Below, in pieces: positions 38,485-51,394 of a DNA stretch of 64,000 nucleotides. Numbering within the stretch: the first letter of the stretch is position 1; each line of letters starts with the position of its first letter. The stretch is taken from the NCBI GenBank assembly GCA_951406725.2, contig OX597818.1:89218001-89282000 (forward strand), given 5' to 3'. This DNA comes from Octopus vulgaris. Its lineage: Eukaryota. The position numbers were made by a program, and so were the translations under genes. The notes under the pieces are model-generated. The model saw nothing but the letters and a program-made list of their open reading frames with translations, did not search any database and had not been told where the DNA came from.

Positions 38485-38950
38485 CATCATCATCATTTAG
38501 TACCTGCTTTCCATGTTGGCGTGGATTCGACGCTTTGACTAGAACTGGTAAAACAGAGAGCTGCACCAGGTTCCAGTCTCATTTTGGCATGGTTTCTACG
38601 GCTGGATGCCCTTCCTAACGCCAACCGCTCCAAGAGTGTAATGGGTGCTTTTTACGTACCACTGGCATAGGTGTCACTTACAGGACACCGGCAACGACCT
38701 CGACTACTATTTCACGGGTGCCATTTACATGACAATGGCAACGGCCACCACTACGGTTTCACTTTATTTGGCAAGTCTTCTCAAGCACAACAAATCGCCA
38801 ATGATCTCGGTCACTACTCATCGCCTCCGTGGAGCCCAGCATTCGAAGATCATGCTTCACCACCTCGTCTCACGTCTTCCTGGGTCTACCTCTTCCATAA
38901 GTTCCCTCCACAATAAGAGGTCGTCACTTCTTTACACAGCTATTGTCGTC
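38485..38950 (-). mobile_element. RTE-type LINE 3' fragment with (TGA)n tail
   Basis: GRGRPRKT*DEVVK near 38860-38897; GGTTGGCGTTAGGAAGGGCATCCAGCC block; ends in the (CAT)n tract. Confidence 0.6.
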
Positions 38951-38997
<47 letters not shown>

Positions 38998-39212
38998 ACT
39001 TTTACTCTTACTTGTTTCAGTCATTTGACTGCGGCCATGCTGGAGCACCGCCTTTAGTCGAGCAAATCGACCCCGGGACTTATTCTTTGTAAGCCCAGTA
39101 CTTATTCTATCGGTCTGTTTTGCCGAACCGCTAGGTGACGGGGACGTAAACACCCCAGCATCGGTTGTCAAGCAATGCTAGAGGACAAACACAGACACAC
39201 AAACACACACAC

Positions 39213-39261
<49 letters not shown>

Positions 39262-39399
39262 CACGACAGGCTTCTTTCAATTTCCGTCTACCAAATCCAC
39301 TCACAAGGCATTGGTCGGCCCGGAGCTATAGCAGAAGACACTTGCCCAAGATGCCATGTGGTTGGTGAGCAAGCTACTTTCCACACTGCCACTCCTGCG
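38998..39399 (-). mobile_element. SINE family 1; inverted partial copy at 39480-39645
   Basis: Homology to 22301-22710. Confidence 0.85.
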
Positions 39400-39638
39400 C
39401 AAAACAAATTAAATGGCTGGCTTATTAGTAATTCGAACCTAAAAGCAAATTAAATAGACGTCACAAAAGCGATAGATGGTGGTGGGTTTACGTCCCCGTA
39501 ACTTAGCGGTTCAGCAAAAGGGAACGATAGAATACGTACTAAGCTTACAACGAATAAGCCCTGGGGTCGATTTGCTCGACTAAAGGCGGTGCTTCAGCAT
39601 GACCACAGTCAAATGACTGAAACAAGTAAAAGAGAGTA

Positions 39639-39721
<83 letters not shown>

Positions 39722-40090
39722 ATAGCTCAACAAAATAATTATAAATGCTATTTTGTTTGTTTATTAATAGTAAAACAATTAATGAATCAGATCACAAATT
39801 ATATTTTTGCCACTCCACAGCACGTTAGGGAATGTGGAAAAATTCGTTGATTTCCTCGTTATATTTTATGACACTGTAATTCATTATTAAAATTACCGAT
39901 ATAGAATTGCCTGCATTTATGTTTCAAAATAGTTAACGCTAGCTGTTATCAGTTGATGTGATGGGAGTGGCTATGGTTAGCTGGAATTAATTTATGTATT
40001 TCAACTGCATTATGATAATTAACATGTAAATTTGATAAATATATCGATCTGGTTTTATGGAAAAAATAGAAAAAATAAAACAAACCTTGT

Positions 40091-40137
<47 letters not shown>

Positions 40138-40198
40138 CAGGAAAAATTCAATATATATATATGTATTCATACATGCATACATACATATAATACATACA

Positions 40199-40229
<31 letters not shown>

Positions 40230-40402
40230 GCGTGGCTGTGTGGTAATATGCTTATTTTCTAACACATGACACCTGTTTCGGTCTCACTGCGTGGCACCTT
40301 GGGCAAGTGTCTTCCGCTATAGCCCAAGGCCGACCAAACTTTTGAGTGAATTTGATTGACGGAAGGTGTAAGAAACACGGTGTATATAGATATATGTATA
40401 TG

Positions 40403-40433
<31 letters not shown>

Positions 40434-40701
40434 ATGTGCATGTATATATACACACACACATATATAAATAATGTATATGTATATATCCATGTGTATGTCT
40501 CTGTGTCTGTTTGTTCTCCACCACACTTTGACAACTCGTAGTGGTGTGTTGTGCCCCGTAACTTCGCTGTTCGGTAGAAGAGACCGATAGAACACGTAAT
40601 AGACATCAAAGAATAACAGGTCCTGGGGTCGATCTGTTCGACTTAAACCCTTCAAGGCGGTGCCCCAGCATGGCCACCGTCAAATGACTGAAAGAAAGTA
40701 A
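40230..40701 (+). mobile_element. SINE family 1
   Basis: Head, CCTTGGGCAAGT core, internal microsatellite and tail. Confidence 0.82.
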
Positions 40702-40704
40702 ATG

Positions 40705-40795
<91 letters not shown>

Positions 40796-41036
40796 CTGAG
40801 AATGTGTGTGCGTGCATGTGGGTGTGTCTGTCTGTATGTGTGAAGCCCTAAAACTCGATAACTACCCAGCCGATTTCATTCGAATTTTACACATGCATTA
40901 CTTAGGGTTCATGGAGTGTCATGGGTGAAATCAATTTTTAACGTCTTGCCGAATGCGGGCCCGAGCAATCTCTTAGACTGGTTTTGTATTACGTGTCAAA
41001 AGTGAAGCAATAACATCTATATTGTAATGTAATATA

Positions 41037-41558
41037 CCGTAAATCCTCGAGTATAATCCGCATTTTTTTCCAAAAAATTAAAGGTCAAAATCCCTAGTGC
41101 GTACTATATACGAGGTTAAAAATGAAAAATATTTTCTAAGCAATGTCCGAGTCTCTATTTGCTGTTCGGCAATGTTTATTCAGGCGCATTTTGTGATGTC
41201 GGGGGCGAAAATACCTTAAGCTAAGCCTGAAAGCAAAGAAGTTCTAAAAGAATCATCCATAACTTGCAGTAAGCAACATTTATTAAAATAAAAGTATTCA
41301 GAACACAGAATAACATGTAACAAAAACAATTTGCAAACATATTTACATTCCCATATAACAGTTAAGAACATCACCATTATTGCATTACACATGCGCGGAA
41401 GTGTTTGTTCAACTAGGTGCTACCGGCTTAATTACGCACGACTCAAGTTAGAGAAGGAGTGCGTATTATACACAAGGTTTAGGTTTTTCAGCGGTACATC
41501 CCCCTAAAAATCCCCTGCGTATTATACTCAAGGGCGGACTATACTCGAAGATTTAAGG
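41037..41558. mobile_element. Non-autonomous pogo/Tc1-mariner-type MITE
   Basis: TIRs CCGTAAATCCTCGAGTATAATCCGC / GCGGACTATACTCGAAGATTTAAGG with TA on both flanks. Confidence 0.8.
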
Positions 41559-41934
41559 TATATTGTTTCACTTTTATTCTTTCATTTTTAATTCTAATGT
41601 GATATCATTAAGATAACGCTAACGTGATGACACTAAAATAACACTAAAATCATCTTATTTCACACATTTACCGTTCAATTACCAGTTAATAATTATCGTA
41701 GCAGTTGCAATGATGCAAGGCATTTACAGTTACACATTAACCCTTAAATTAGCAGTTAATACATGTGCTTCATATATATATACATACATACATACATATA
41801 TGTACGTATATATCTCTATATATATATAAAGCTCAACTTGTGTGTCTGTGTGTGTATCTGTGTGTGTGTCTGTGTGTTTAACTTTTGGATCTACCAAGTT
41901 TCATTATTAAGGATGGAAAGTAGTGTGTAGCAAA

Positions 41935-42319
41935 TCTATATATATAAAGCTGAAGTTGTCTGTGTGTGGCAGGTTTGGTAGCCTTAAACTAACACTATCT
42001 CCTTCGAGACCCTGCTGCGCAAGTTGACCAAAATTGAGAGTATGATAGAAGGCTTGCTCTTCATTCTGTAGAAGATAAAATTCAAATTGGACCATGTCAA
42101 CACCAAAAATTATTTACATCAAAAAGGTGCTTTTTTTCTCTGAAAATTCCTATTTTTTACGATTTTTGACTGCTGTATCACCATTTTTCGGTGTATTTCA
42201 ACTGGAAAAATGTTCACTTGAAGAGAATAACAAGTTGCATAATGCAAAATTTTTACTTTTCAAAAATTCTAATTCTAAAGGGTCGAAACAAACCCAAGCA
42301 ACACCGGGTGATACTGCTA

Positions 42320-42320
<1 letters not shown>
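41935..42320 (+). mobile_element. Non-autonomous Helitron-like element
   Basis: A|TCTATATATATAAA 5' end; CCCAAGCAACACCGGG + CTAG|T 3' end, as in 19633-20270. Confidence 0.75.
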
Positions 42321-42374
<54 letters not shown>

Positions 42375-43000
42375 AACGGGAAGGTTTACGAAAATAAACA
42401 AAAGACGAAGGCAAGTGGAGTACAAACAAACAAATGTATTAGTATGGCGCTCAGGAATAGAAATAGAACAAGTCTTTTACGTTTCGAGCCTACGCTCTTC
42501 AACAGAAAGATACACAGAAAAAAACAAGGAGAGAAAAAAAATGCGTGTAGGAGCTAACGATCTATCATGGCGTTCTGACTTCAGGCAGAGGTCAGAGGTC
42601 AGACGTTAGACGCTAGAGGGACAGTAGGGGATATAACAGGGTCAAGTGACTTCCAAAACGAAGGTGGTCCCAACACAAAGGTGCGTGTGTGTATAAGAGA
42701 GTATGTATGTGCGTGTGAAAGAGGGCTGGTGGTCTGGACGTGTGTATGTATGTATGTGTGGGTGTGGAGATATGGGGATGGGTGTGTGGGTGGTGTGTTG
42801 TGATGTGATGTGATATGTGTATGTATGTGTAGGTGTAAAGATGTGGGGATGGGTGTGTGGGCGGTGTGCTGTGGGTGGTGCGTTGTGATGGGATGTGTAA
42901 AGTTGTATGGTGTAGTGTAGTGTGGTGTGATGTTGTGGGGAGGTGGGGGCGAGAGTGGGGAAAGCCCATGTGTATATTGTATATTGATATGTAAAGGTAA
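42375..43000 (-). mobile_element. 3' end (pLTR) of a PLE1-family element
   Basis: Clear similarity to 15359-15720; abuts (TA)n. Confidence 0.8.
42473..42510 (-). ncRNA. Minimal hammerhead motif (A6U core)
   Basis: TCTTT-CTGTTGA-A-GAGC-GTAG-GCTC-GAAAC-GTA-AAAGA. Confidence 0.7.
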
Positions 43001-43232
43001 GATCCAAGGATCAAGGTGTAGGAAGTTAGTGCGCGTCATGCAATCCGTAGCAGATATTAATAAAAAAACACTTTTCGGGAACAAAAGTGGTTTATTGGCC
43101 AGAAGCTGTGAAATGTCCTGTATCGACGTATGATAAACTGAAAAAAGTTAATTTCATTGTTTGCCGTTAACAATAGGAGTTGTATATGCGAATAAGCATC
43201 CAAAAATTATCGGAATGGAATAGAAAACTTCA

Positions 43233-43317
43233 GGCTATATATGTTTTGTAGCTAGAGGAACCTGGGAAGTAGTAAATTATCCAAACGAGGGGTAGACCGC
43301 AAGCTACTCTTCAGGCC
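43233..43317 (-). ncRNA. Degenerate hammerhead with a partial inverted copy at about 43460-43550
   Basis: GGC-CTGAAGA-GTAGCT...AGCTAC-AAAAC-ATAT-ATA-GCC; inverted copy reads GAACC-ATAT-GTA-GCC, giving consensus GAAACATATGTAGCC. Confidence 0.6.
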
Positions 43318-43553
43318 AAGGATAGCTTAATTACATGAAGTTTACATTGCCTTTAAGGGAATGCCGTGTTAACTTGTTGGGGGGATTCGATCGAGCTGCC
43401 AACTAGTTAAGACGGGATCTCCTAACTACAATGTAAACTTCATATAATCAAGGATGTCCCCCTTGTTCCCAGATAATTTGCTACATTCTAGGTTCCTTGA
43501 TATAGAACCATATGTAGCCTGGATTTTTCTAATCTATTCCCTAATTTTTGAAT

Positions 43554-43618
<65 letters not shown>

Positions 43619-43690
43619 TTATATTATACAATTTTTCCGTAATGTGATAAAACCCCAAGGCTGTGTAGACTTTAGAATATTTATTGATAG

Positions 43691-43738
43691 GTCTTACAGC
43701 TGTTTCCAGGATATTTATTATATCTCTTCATCGGAGAC
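43691..43738 (-). ncRNA. Hammerhead motif (U4C core)
   Basis: GTCT-CCGATGA-AGAGATAT-AATAA-ATATCCTG-GAAAC-AGCT-GTA-AGAC. Confidence 0.65.
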
Positions 43739-43912
43739 GGTGTGAAAGGATGATTAAGTAATAGTTAAGTTAGATAAGATACAAAATAGAGAGTGAGGTG
43801 GAGGAAGGAAAATAGATGTGAGATATGTAGGGATATTGTATTTGTAGATCCATACCTTTTAGGCAGAATGGTATATAAGATTCCAATACCAAATGCATAA
43901 AATCCATGTATG

Positions 43913-43944
<32 letters not shown>

Positions 43945-44045
43945 TGTATGTATGTATGTATGTATGTCCCTATTTAGAAAAAAGAAGAAAATGGAGATTT
44001 TAAAGTTAATAAGAGTTCATTATCAGCAAGAAATCAAAATCATTA

Positions 44046-44128
44046 TCCCTTACAGCTGTTTCAATTATACACTGTGAAATTAATCAAATATTAAATTCAT
44101 ATTTCTGAGCATAATCTCTTCAGAGGAA
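44046..44128 (-). ncRNA. Type I hammerhead ribozyme motif
   Basis: TTCCT-CTGAAGA-GATTATGC...GTATAATT-GAAAC-AGCT-GTA-AGGGA; all core positions canonical. Confidence 0.8.
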
Positions 44129-44396
44129 AAAATATACCCTTAGATGTTATGTATGTTTGTTTGTAGATTCATCACAACAGGCTGAATGATAGTATTTATG
44201 GTTTGTATTTATATGTATTTGGGCAAGGGGCTTGCAGGCTGGTTGGTGGTAGAATAGAGTAGGTAAATAGAATCAGAGTAATAGATGAATGAATATATAG
44301 AGATTATTGAGTAAATTACAATATAAATAAAGTACAATATAAATAAGGTGAGGAAATAAAGTACATTTGTAAATTGTGTATTAAGTTGAGAAAGTT

Positions 44397-44440
<44 letters not shown>

Positions 44441-44689
44441 AGATAAGAAAATGGAGAAATACATCTAAATCAAATATCAATTACCAGATAATACTCAATC
44501 ACATACTTTATTAAACCACCACATAAGAGACTATAGGGTTAAACATAAAAAAGCAGAACAAATCAGTGTACATAAAGGAATGTACATAAAAAAGTGTACA
44601 TAAAAGAGTAATGTTGTATAATAAGTAGAATATATATATATAAAAGAGAATATAAATATAAGTAAATATAAATATAAGTATAGATTACA

Positions 44690-44736
<47 letters not shown>

Positions 44737-44977
44737 ACACGCGTTCATACATTCACATATACGTCCATATACACTCCACAGAGACATTTATGTTTATTTA
44801 CACACATTTACACATACGCACAAATCATCACGTTCACACATGTCATCATGCATACGTATATGCACACTTATGTACTTATGTACGTATGCACGGATACATT
44901 AATCCGTATGCTCACGTTGACATATACATATATATACGCACGCACACACATTTGCACACATATATAAATATATATAA

Positions 44978-45026
<49 letters not shown>

Positions 45027-45281
45027 CACACATAAATACATTTACACTTTTATTATTCATCACCTCTAAGAAGAAATTGATATGGATCCATTTTGATCAG
45101 TTAAATTCGATTGGTTAGTGGAATTTTGAATAATAAATAATACATGCCCTATAGCGTTTCTAGGAAAGTGTAATTAGCATAAAGGTTTCTTAAAATAGTC
45201 ACGTCCGAACACACATGTGAGAATAACAAATGTCCACGCTTGCATGCTTGTAATTGTAGGCAAAACCCAATCACAGATATA

Positions 45282-45326
<45 letters not shown>

Positions 45327-45490
45327 ACATACATACACATATATATATATATATACATACACATGTATATGTATATATATATATATATATACATAAATAC
45401 ACATATATGCACACACATATGTATACACACACGAACGCACATACATATACGCATACACACACAACCGTCTATTTATACACATGTCCATGT

Positions 45491-45533
<43 letters not shown>

Positions 45534-45950
45534 TATGTATATATACATATATACTTATATATATACATATACACATACATATACTCACAGACACACACCT
45601 ACATCTGTACAAGCAAGTTCATATGTACGCATGCACTCAAACATACACACATATACTCATACAGATGTCTGTACACGCACACATACCTAACTCACACAAT
45701 CCCACGCACACACACATACACACACCTACACACACACACCACGCACGAACACGTTCTATTAAACACACACACAGACTTGTGCGCACGCACATACCCACAC
45801 ATACACATACATGCCTCATTCTCTTACACTCTCTTGTCTTAGAAAGAACTTTTTATTCACCCCTTCCCTTCCGGTCATTTCAAAATGTAACCACATGTGA
45901 GTCGTTGGCGATTTACTTCCTCCGTCTTCCTTTCTGTTGGACTTACCTCT

Positions 45951-45985
45951 GTTTCTGAAGAAGAGCGTTACTCGAAACATTAAAC
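45951..45985 (+). ncRNA. Minimal hammerhead motif
   Basis: GTTT-CTGAAGA-A-GAG-CGTTA-CTC-GAAAC-ATT-AAAC; same family as 2881-2916. Confidence 0.65.
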
Positions 45986-46099
45986 CATCTTCCTTTCCTT
46001 CCCTGAGCGTCTGCTAATATTTTACATGTACCACATCCTCATGTTGTTGCTTTTTCTGTTTGTTCATCCGCTTTTGGGGGATTTACTATATATGCATAC

Positions 46100-46170
<71 letters not shown>

Positions 46171-46567
46171 AGAGAAAAATACCTATTATGTAATTCAAAC
46201 AATGATAGACGTACATTATACCATATAGAAAAAATAAAATATATGATAAAACATTTACCTTGATCACAATAGAGTACAGAATAATAAATAAACAGTATAT
46301 AATTAGTAAATAGACTACGTATGTTTCGTGGCTATATCTTCAATTCGAATTACAATTAAATTTAAATTTAATCGATCCAAAAACAATTCAATTTAAAAAT
46401 ATAGTCACTCCTCATTTATTGTTATTATGTATTTATTCATTATTATTTATTTATTATTATGTACTCTATTGTGATCTAGGTAAATGTTTTATCATATACT
46501 TTATTTTTTTCTATATGCTATGATTTACGTCTATCATTGTTTGAATTACATAATATTGTTTTTTCTC
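46171..46567. mobile_element. Short element with about 120-bp inverted ends and a 5'-clipped hammerhead (46313-46414, minus)
   Basis: 46171-46292 vs about 46445-46567 in reverse complement; (A)TGAGGA-GTGACTATATTTT...AAGATATAGCCAC-GAAAC-ATAC-GTA. Confidence 0.75.
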
Positions 46568-46650
46568 TAATTTATATATATATATTTATATTGTGAAATT
46601 TGATTTAATACTAAATTGAATTTTTCCCTGTAAGTTTGATTTATACTCCC

Positions 46651-46682
<32 letters not shown>

Positions 46683-46683
46683 C

Positions 46684-46760
<77 letters not shown>

Positions 46761-46995
46761 CACATACATACGTACGTACATATATACATACACATCTATA
46801 TACATGCATACACACATACACACACAAATCTATATACACACACATATATACGCACCTACAAATACGCCCAAATATTTATATGCACACACACACTTACGCA
46901 ATTATGCATGTCTAATTTTGTTCATTTTGCTCTTATATTTGAAAAATATGTAAGAGGGAATAGAATTGTGTAAGTTTTCAACCAGTATAGATATA

Positions 46996-47876
46996 CAGGG
47001 TGTTTCAAAAGTTTGATATCATTTAAGATGTAAACATCACAGAAACTACATGGTCAAAGCAAATGAAACTAAACAGGCTTAATGTTGAGCAACATAAGAT
47101 TTACTTCTCCAAATTTGAATGAGAAATTCAAAGGGATATGGACTCCATGAACGATTTCACAAATGTTCGGTATGCGTACCGCCTGAGACACGTCACATGT
47201 CAAGTCAAAAGTCCAGTTCCTCCCAAACACGCTACAGCATGTCATGGGTAAGTCTCTAGTGCGGTTGTGATTCTCTGCTTGAGTTCCTCTAGGTTTGCAG
47301 AAAGAGGGGCAACATAGACCAGGCCTTTCACATAACCCCATGTTTGCGCTTTCTCTCGTCATCAGCTGTTATGGCCTGAATGAGCTGCAGCTTGTAGGGT
47401 TTCCTTAGCAAGCATTTCCTCAGGACGTGCCAAACTGTCGTTGGAGGAATCTGGGTTTCCAGACTTGTTCTTCTTATGGACTTCTTGAGGCCTCACATGA
47501 GTTTTTGACGAACTTGCTCGACCGTCTCTTCCAGTGTTAGTGGTCGTCCAGATCCTTTTGCCCTGCACAGACAGCTTTCCTGTTTGAATGTTTTGTGCCA
47601 TGCTCAAATCTGCATTGCCGTTGGTGACTTTTTAGAGAACTCTCTCACGCAAGCTGCACAGTCTTGTTCGACTGTGTTCGAGCATACTCCAATACACAAA
47701 ACACCGTTTCTCTTCCAGTGAATGCCATTTCTATACCTGAAAAGATAAACATATCAAACATTAAGCATAAAAGTTTGACCTGTTTCTACACATGCTGTTA
47801 AAATTTGAAGTCATTTGTACAAGAACTGACAAAGTTATTAGATTGCAAAATGATATCAAATTTTTGAAACACCCTG
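46996..47876 (-). mobile_element. Internally deleted Tc1/mariner-superfamily transposon
   Basis: 29-bp TIRs CAGGGTGTTTCAAAARTTTGATATCATTT with TA TSDs; decayed N-terminus MAFTGRE..FCVLEYARTQSNKTVQ from 47728. Confidence 0.85.
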
Positions 47877-48781
47877 TATTTATATTTATATTCACAAATC
47901 TACGTAGATTTGGTCACCAATGCAAAACAATTAAAACTAATCAAATAATAATTAAATTATAGTCAGACGGTTATTAATGTTGTCAAGTGTGGAAGTTCAA
48001 ACGTTAGTAAAGGTTACCAAGGACATTTTAGAAAAAGGACATGTACAGCTATATTAGAATTATACACAGAGCTGTGCAAGTATTATGGTAATTTCGAGTT
48101 ATATAGATGGCAAGCGAATAGGAGAATTTACATATAAGTGCATGCATGTACATGTATATATACACGTATATACTCATACATAAGTGTAAATAAGTAAGTA
48201 AAATACATAAGTAGATAAACAGTCAGATATTGATTTCAATAGCATGTTCATGTATACATACATATATATATATATATACACTCATATATACATACATACA
48301 TTTACATTTACAAACACGTATACATACACGCATACACGCACATATGCATATTTACACACACACACACACACACACGCACGCACACATATATACGTATATA
48401 TACGCGTAGATATACACGTAGATACAAATGTTCCCACACCTATACAAATGTACACCTACGCATATGCACATATATATTCACATGCACATATATACATATA
48501 TGTACATATATACACGCATATATACATATACGCATACATAAACAAACATACACGTGCAGATACATGCCCCCATATATATGAACATGCTTGTACTTATATA
48601 CATAAACTCACCTACATATATGCACATACATATACACATACACACGTACATGCATACATACACACATATACATAGACATAAAACATACATGTTCATGTCT
48701 ACATACATGTACAAATATACACGCTCAATCACACACACATATATATATGCATATATAACATATATATATATATATGTGTGC

Positions 48782-48872
<91 letters not shown>

Positions 48873-48952
48873 GAATTTACAAAAAGACAAAAGACGAAAA
48901 CGGGTGTGTAAACAACTGATTTATTAGTTTAACGCTCTGGAAGTGAGAAAGT

Positions 48953-48988
48953 CTTTTACGTTTCGAGCCTACGCTCTTCGACAGAAAG
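48953..48988 (-). ncRNA. Minimal hammerhead motif (A6U core) in a PLE1-family 3' stub (about 48868-49075)
   Basis: CTTT-CTGTCGA-A-GAGC-GTAG-GCTC-GAAAC-GTA-AAAG. Confidence 0.7.
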
Positions 48989-49556
48989 GAACACAGAAAT
49001 AAACAGGGAGAGAAAATAGAAAATAGAAAGAAAAAAAATAGAAAATAGAAAAATAGAAAAAGGTATAGTGGCTAGCGTACATATTCACATATATAGATAC
49101 ACCCATGCGTAGATCTATACATATATCATATACACATGTACTGGCAACTTACACACACTCACACAGTCTTATATGTATAAATGCGCACATACACACATTG
49201 ATGTGCATATATATAAAAAATTGAAATGTATGTGTGTGTGCACAACAAACATCAATATTTTGTTAAAGATATGTTAATCAGAGTATCAATACAAAGTAAG
49301 AATGAGAATAATAGTCAAACAGATATAAATGTTACCAAGTGTGAATGCTCAAATGTTGGTAGGGGGTTACTAATGGTGTGTACAGGACGTTATATAATTG
49401 AGGTGTAGAATAATGTTAAATTTAGGTGTAATGAAGGTAGATGTTAATACTACTGGTAGTATAGTTAGGTAAGAGTTAGCGGGGTAATTTATATTAGTGG
49501 AGCTAAGGAATAAAAGGGAGATTATAGGTTTTCCAGTGAGAGTGATAATAAGTCAA

Positions 49557-51015
49557 TTATTTAAATTCAGAAAATACATATTTTCCCGCATGAACACAAG
49601 AAATATTTTTCTCATTTCTTAAGTTAAGTAGGGTATTCCTAGATGTGGTGATAAAAAACCCGGTGCGGAAGCATTGATATCCCATTTAGTTTCAAATTCA
49701 ATATTTATTATCTTTTAATTCCCATATAAATTTACTTAATCCAGTGGAGTTGGTTTACTGTTTATTTTTAAAAGATTGGAGATGGTTAGCCATCCGAATC
49801 TTAATCATATTTTCCGTCAAGCCGATATAATTTTTTTCCCTGAATTATAACAGTGCATTGATATACTACATCTTTTCTTTTACATGAATTCTTAAATTTA
49901 CAATTAGTTTTGACTCCACAATCTCAATTTTCATAAACATTGTTATGTGTGAATCTATTAGAAGAATTTGTATTAGTAGTGTTTGTATGGATTTTTATGG
50001 TTCCCTTATTGGGATTTAAATGAGCTTGATTATTGGGGTTAGTGGAATTGGGGAGATATAGTTTAAGTTTAGCGGAATTAGTAGAATTATTGTTGTGGAT
50101 ATTTCTATTGGTGTAGAATTTACTTACAATAATAAATCTCTGAACGAGGTATAAACAGTAACTGCACGACAATGTGAGGTATATTTGCCATCTCAATATG
50201 GCTAACCACTAAGGGTGGGTGTTACTGTAGCTTGTAGTCCCAGGAGAGCATCGTCTCCAGCTGGCTATAGGCACCAGCTGGAGACGGTGTTCTCCTGGGG
50301 CTACAAGCTACAGTAACACCCACCCTTAGTGGTTAGCCACATTGAGATGGCAAATATACCTCACAGAATTTACTTAATTTCTTGGTAATTGATAGTATAA
50401 TTGTAAGTAAGTTAGGAATTATGCTAAAACCAATCTTGACAGTTTTATGGTTTATGATTTCATTATCAATGTTAAGGTATTTACGAATGGCTTTAAATAT
50501 AGATTTAATAATGTTATTTTTAATTTGAATTGTATATGGAATAACTAACCATATTTTATTAGATTTATCAGGGTGGTAGGTATTTATAGGTATGTTGTAA
50601 TCTCTTTTAAATTTATTAGGGTTAAGGAAGTTAGTATGTGACTTAATATTATTGTCTTCAGAGCATTATATGGATTAGTAGTGGTGCTGGTATTAGACGT
50701 AATTGATTGATTATTCATATCAGTATGTTTATTAATTATGTTTCTATGATTATGAAAATCATTATCATTGTAAATTGGTTATTTTTATTTATCTAAGATT
50801 TAAGAGATAATTTAGTATGGGTTTTTCTATTATTATATTGGGTACTGTTAGTTTGAGTTGAAATGATCTTGGGGTTGTTATTATTGTCAATTCTTTGTTT
50901 ATATGTAGATGGGTTATTAGTTTTATGTTTATTTTTAATTATATTACAAGTAATGGTGGGATTATAAAATTTAATTTTTTTGCCTGTAGTTATTTGCGTT
51001 ATATATATAATCTTA
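49557..51015 (-). pseudogene. Decayed Naiad-type PLE (linker + GIY-YIG), interrupted by a hairpin insertion
   Basis: KIWLVIPY..TVKIGFSIIPNL, N*DCGVKTNCKFKNSC, DVVYQC, YIGLTE..KIRMANH.QSF, STGLSKFIWELK, LNLRNE...CVH..; frameshifts. Confidence 0.8.
50127..50365. mobile_element. Insertion made largely of a 92-bp-arm hairpin, with 12-bp target-site duplication
   Basis: Arms 50173-50264/50274-50365 (4 transitions); AGAATTTACTTA at 50115-50126 and 50365-50376; removal restores KLSKF-YTNR. Confidence 0.88.
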
Positions 51016-51194
51016 TGAAGCACTGCCTTTAGTCGAACAAATCGACCCCAGTACTAATTCTTTGTAAACCTAGTATTTATTCTATCAGTCACTTTTGCTA
51101 AACAACTAAGTTACGGGGATGTAAACATACCAGCATCAGTTTTCATGCGATGGTGGTGGGGACAAACTCAGACACACAAACCTATGCATACATG

Positions 51195-51280
<86 letters not shown>

Positions 51281-51306
51281 AAAAAAGCAACAAGAATGGA
51301 TTAAAA

Positions 51307-51394
51307 TCTCGGTACGATCGTTTCGTACGAGGACATCTTTAATAAGCTACAAAAAATGCAGTGAATACAGATGGCTCGTACTCGTCAGCCGAAA
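51307..51394 (-). ncRNA. Intact type I hammerhead ribozyme
   Basis: TTTCGG-CTGACGA-GTACGAG...CTCGTAC-GAAAC-GATC-GTA-CCGAGA; 6-bp helix I, perfect 7-bp stem II, palindromic ACGATCGT. Confidence 0.9.
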
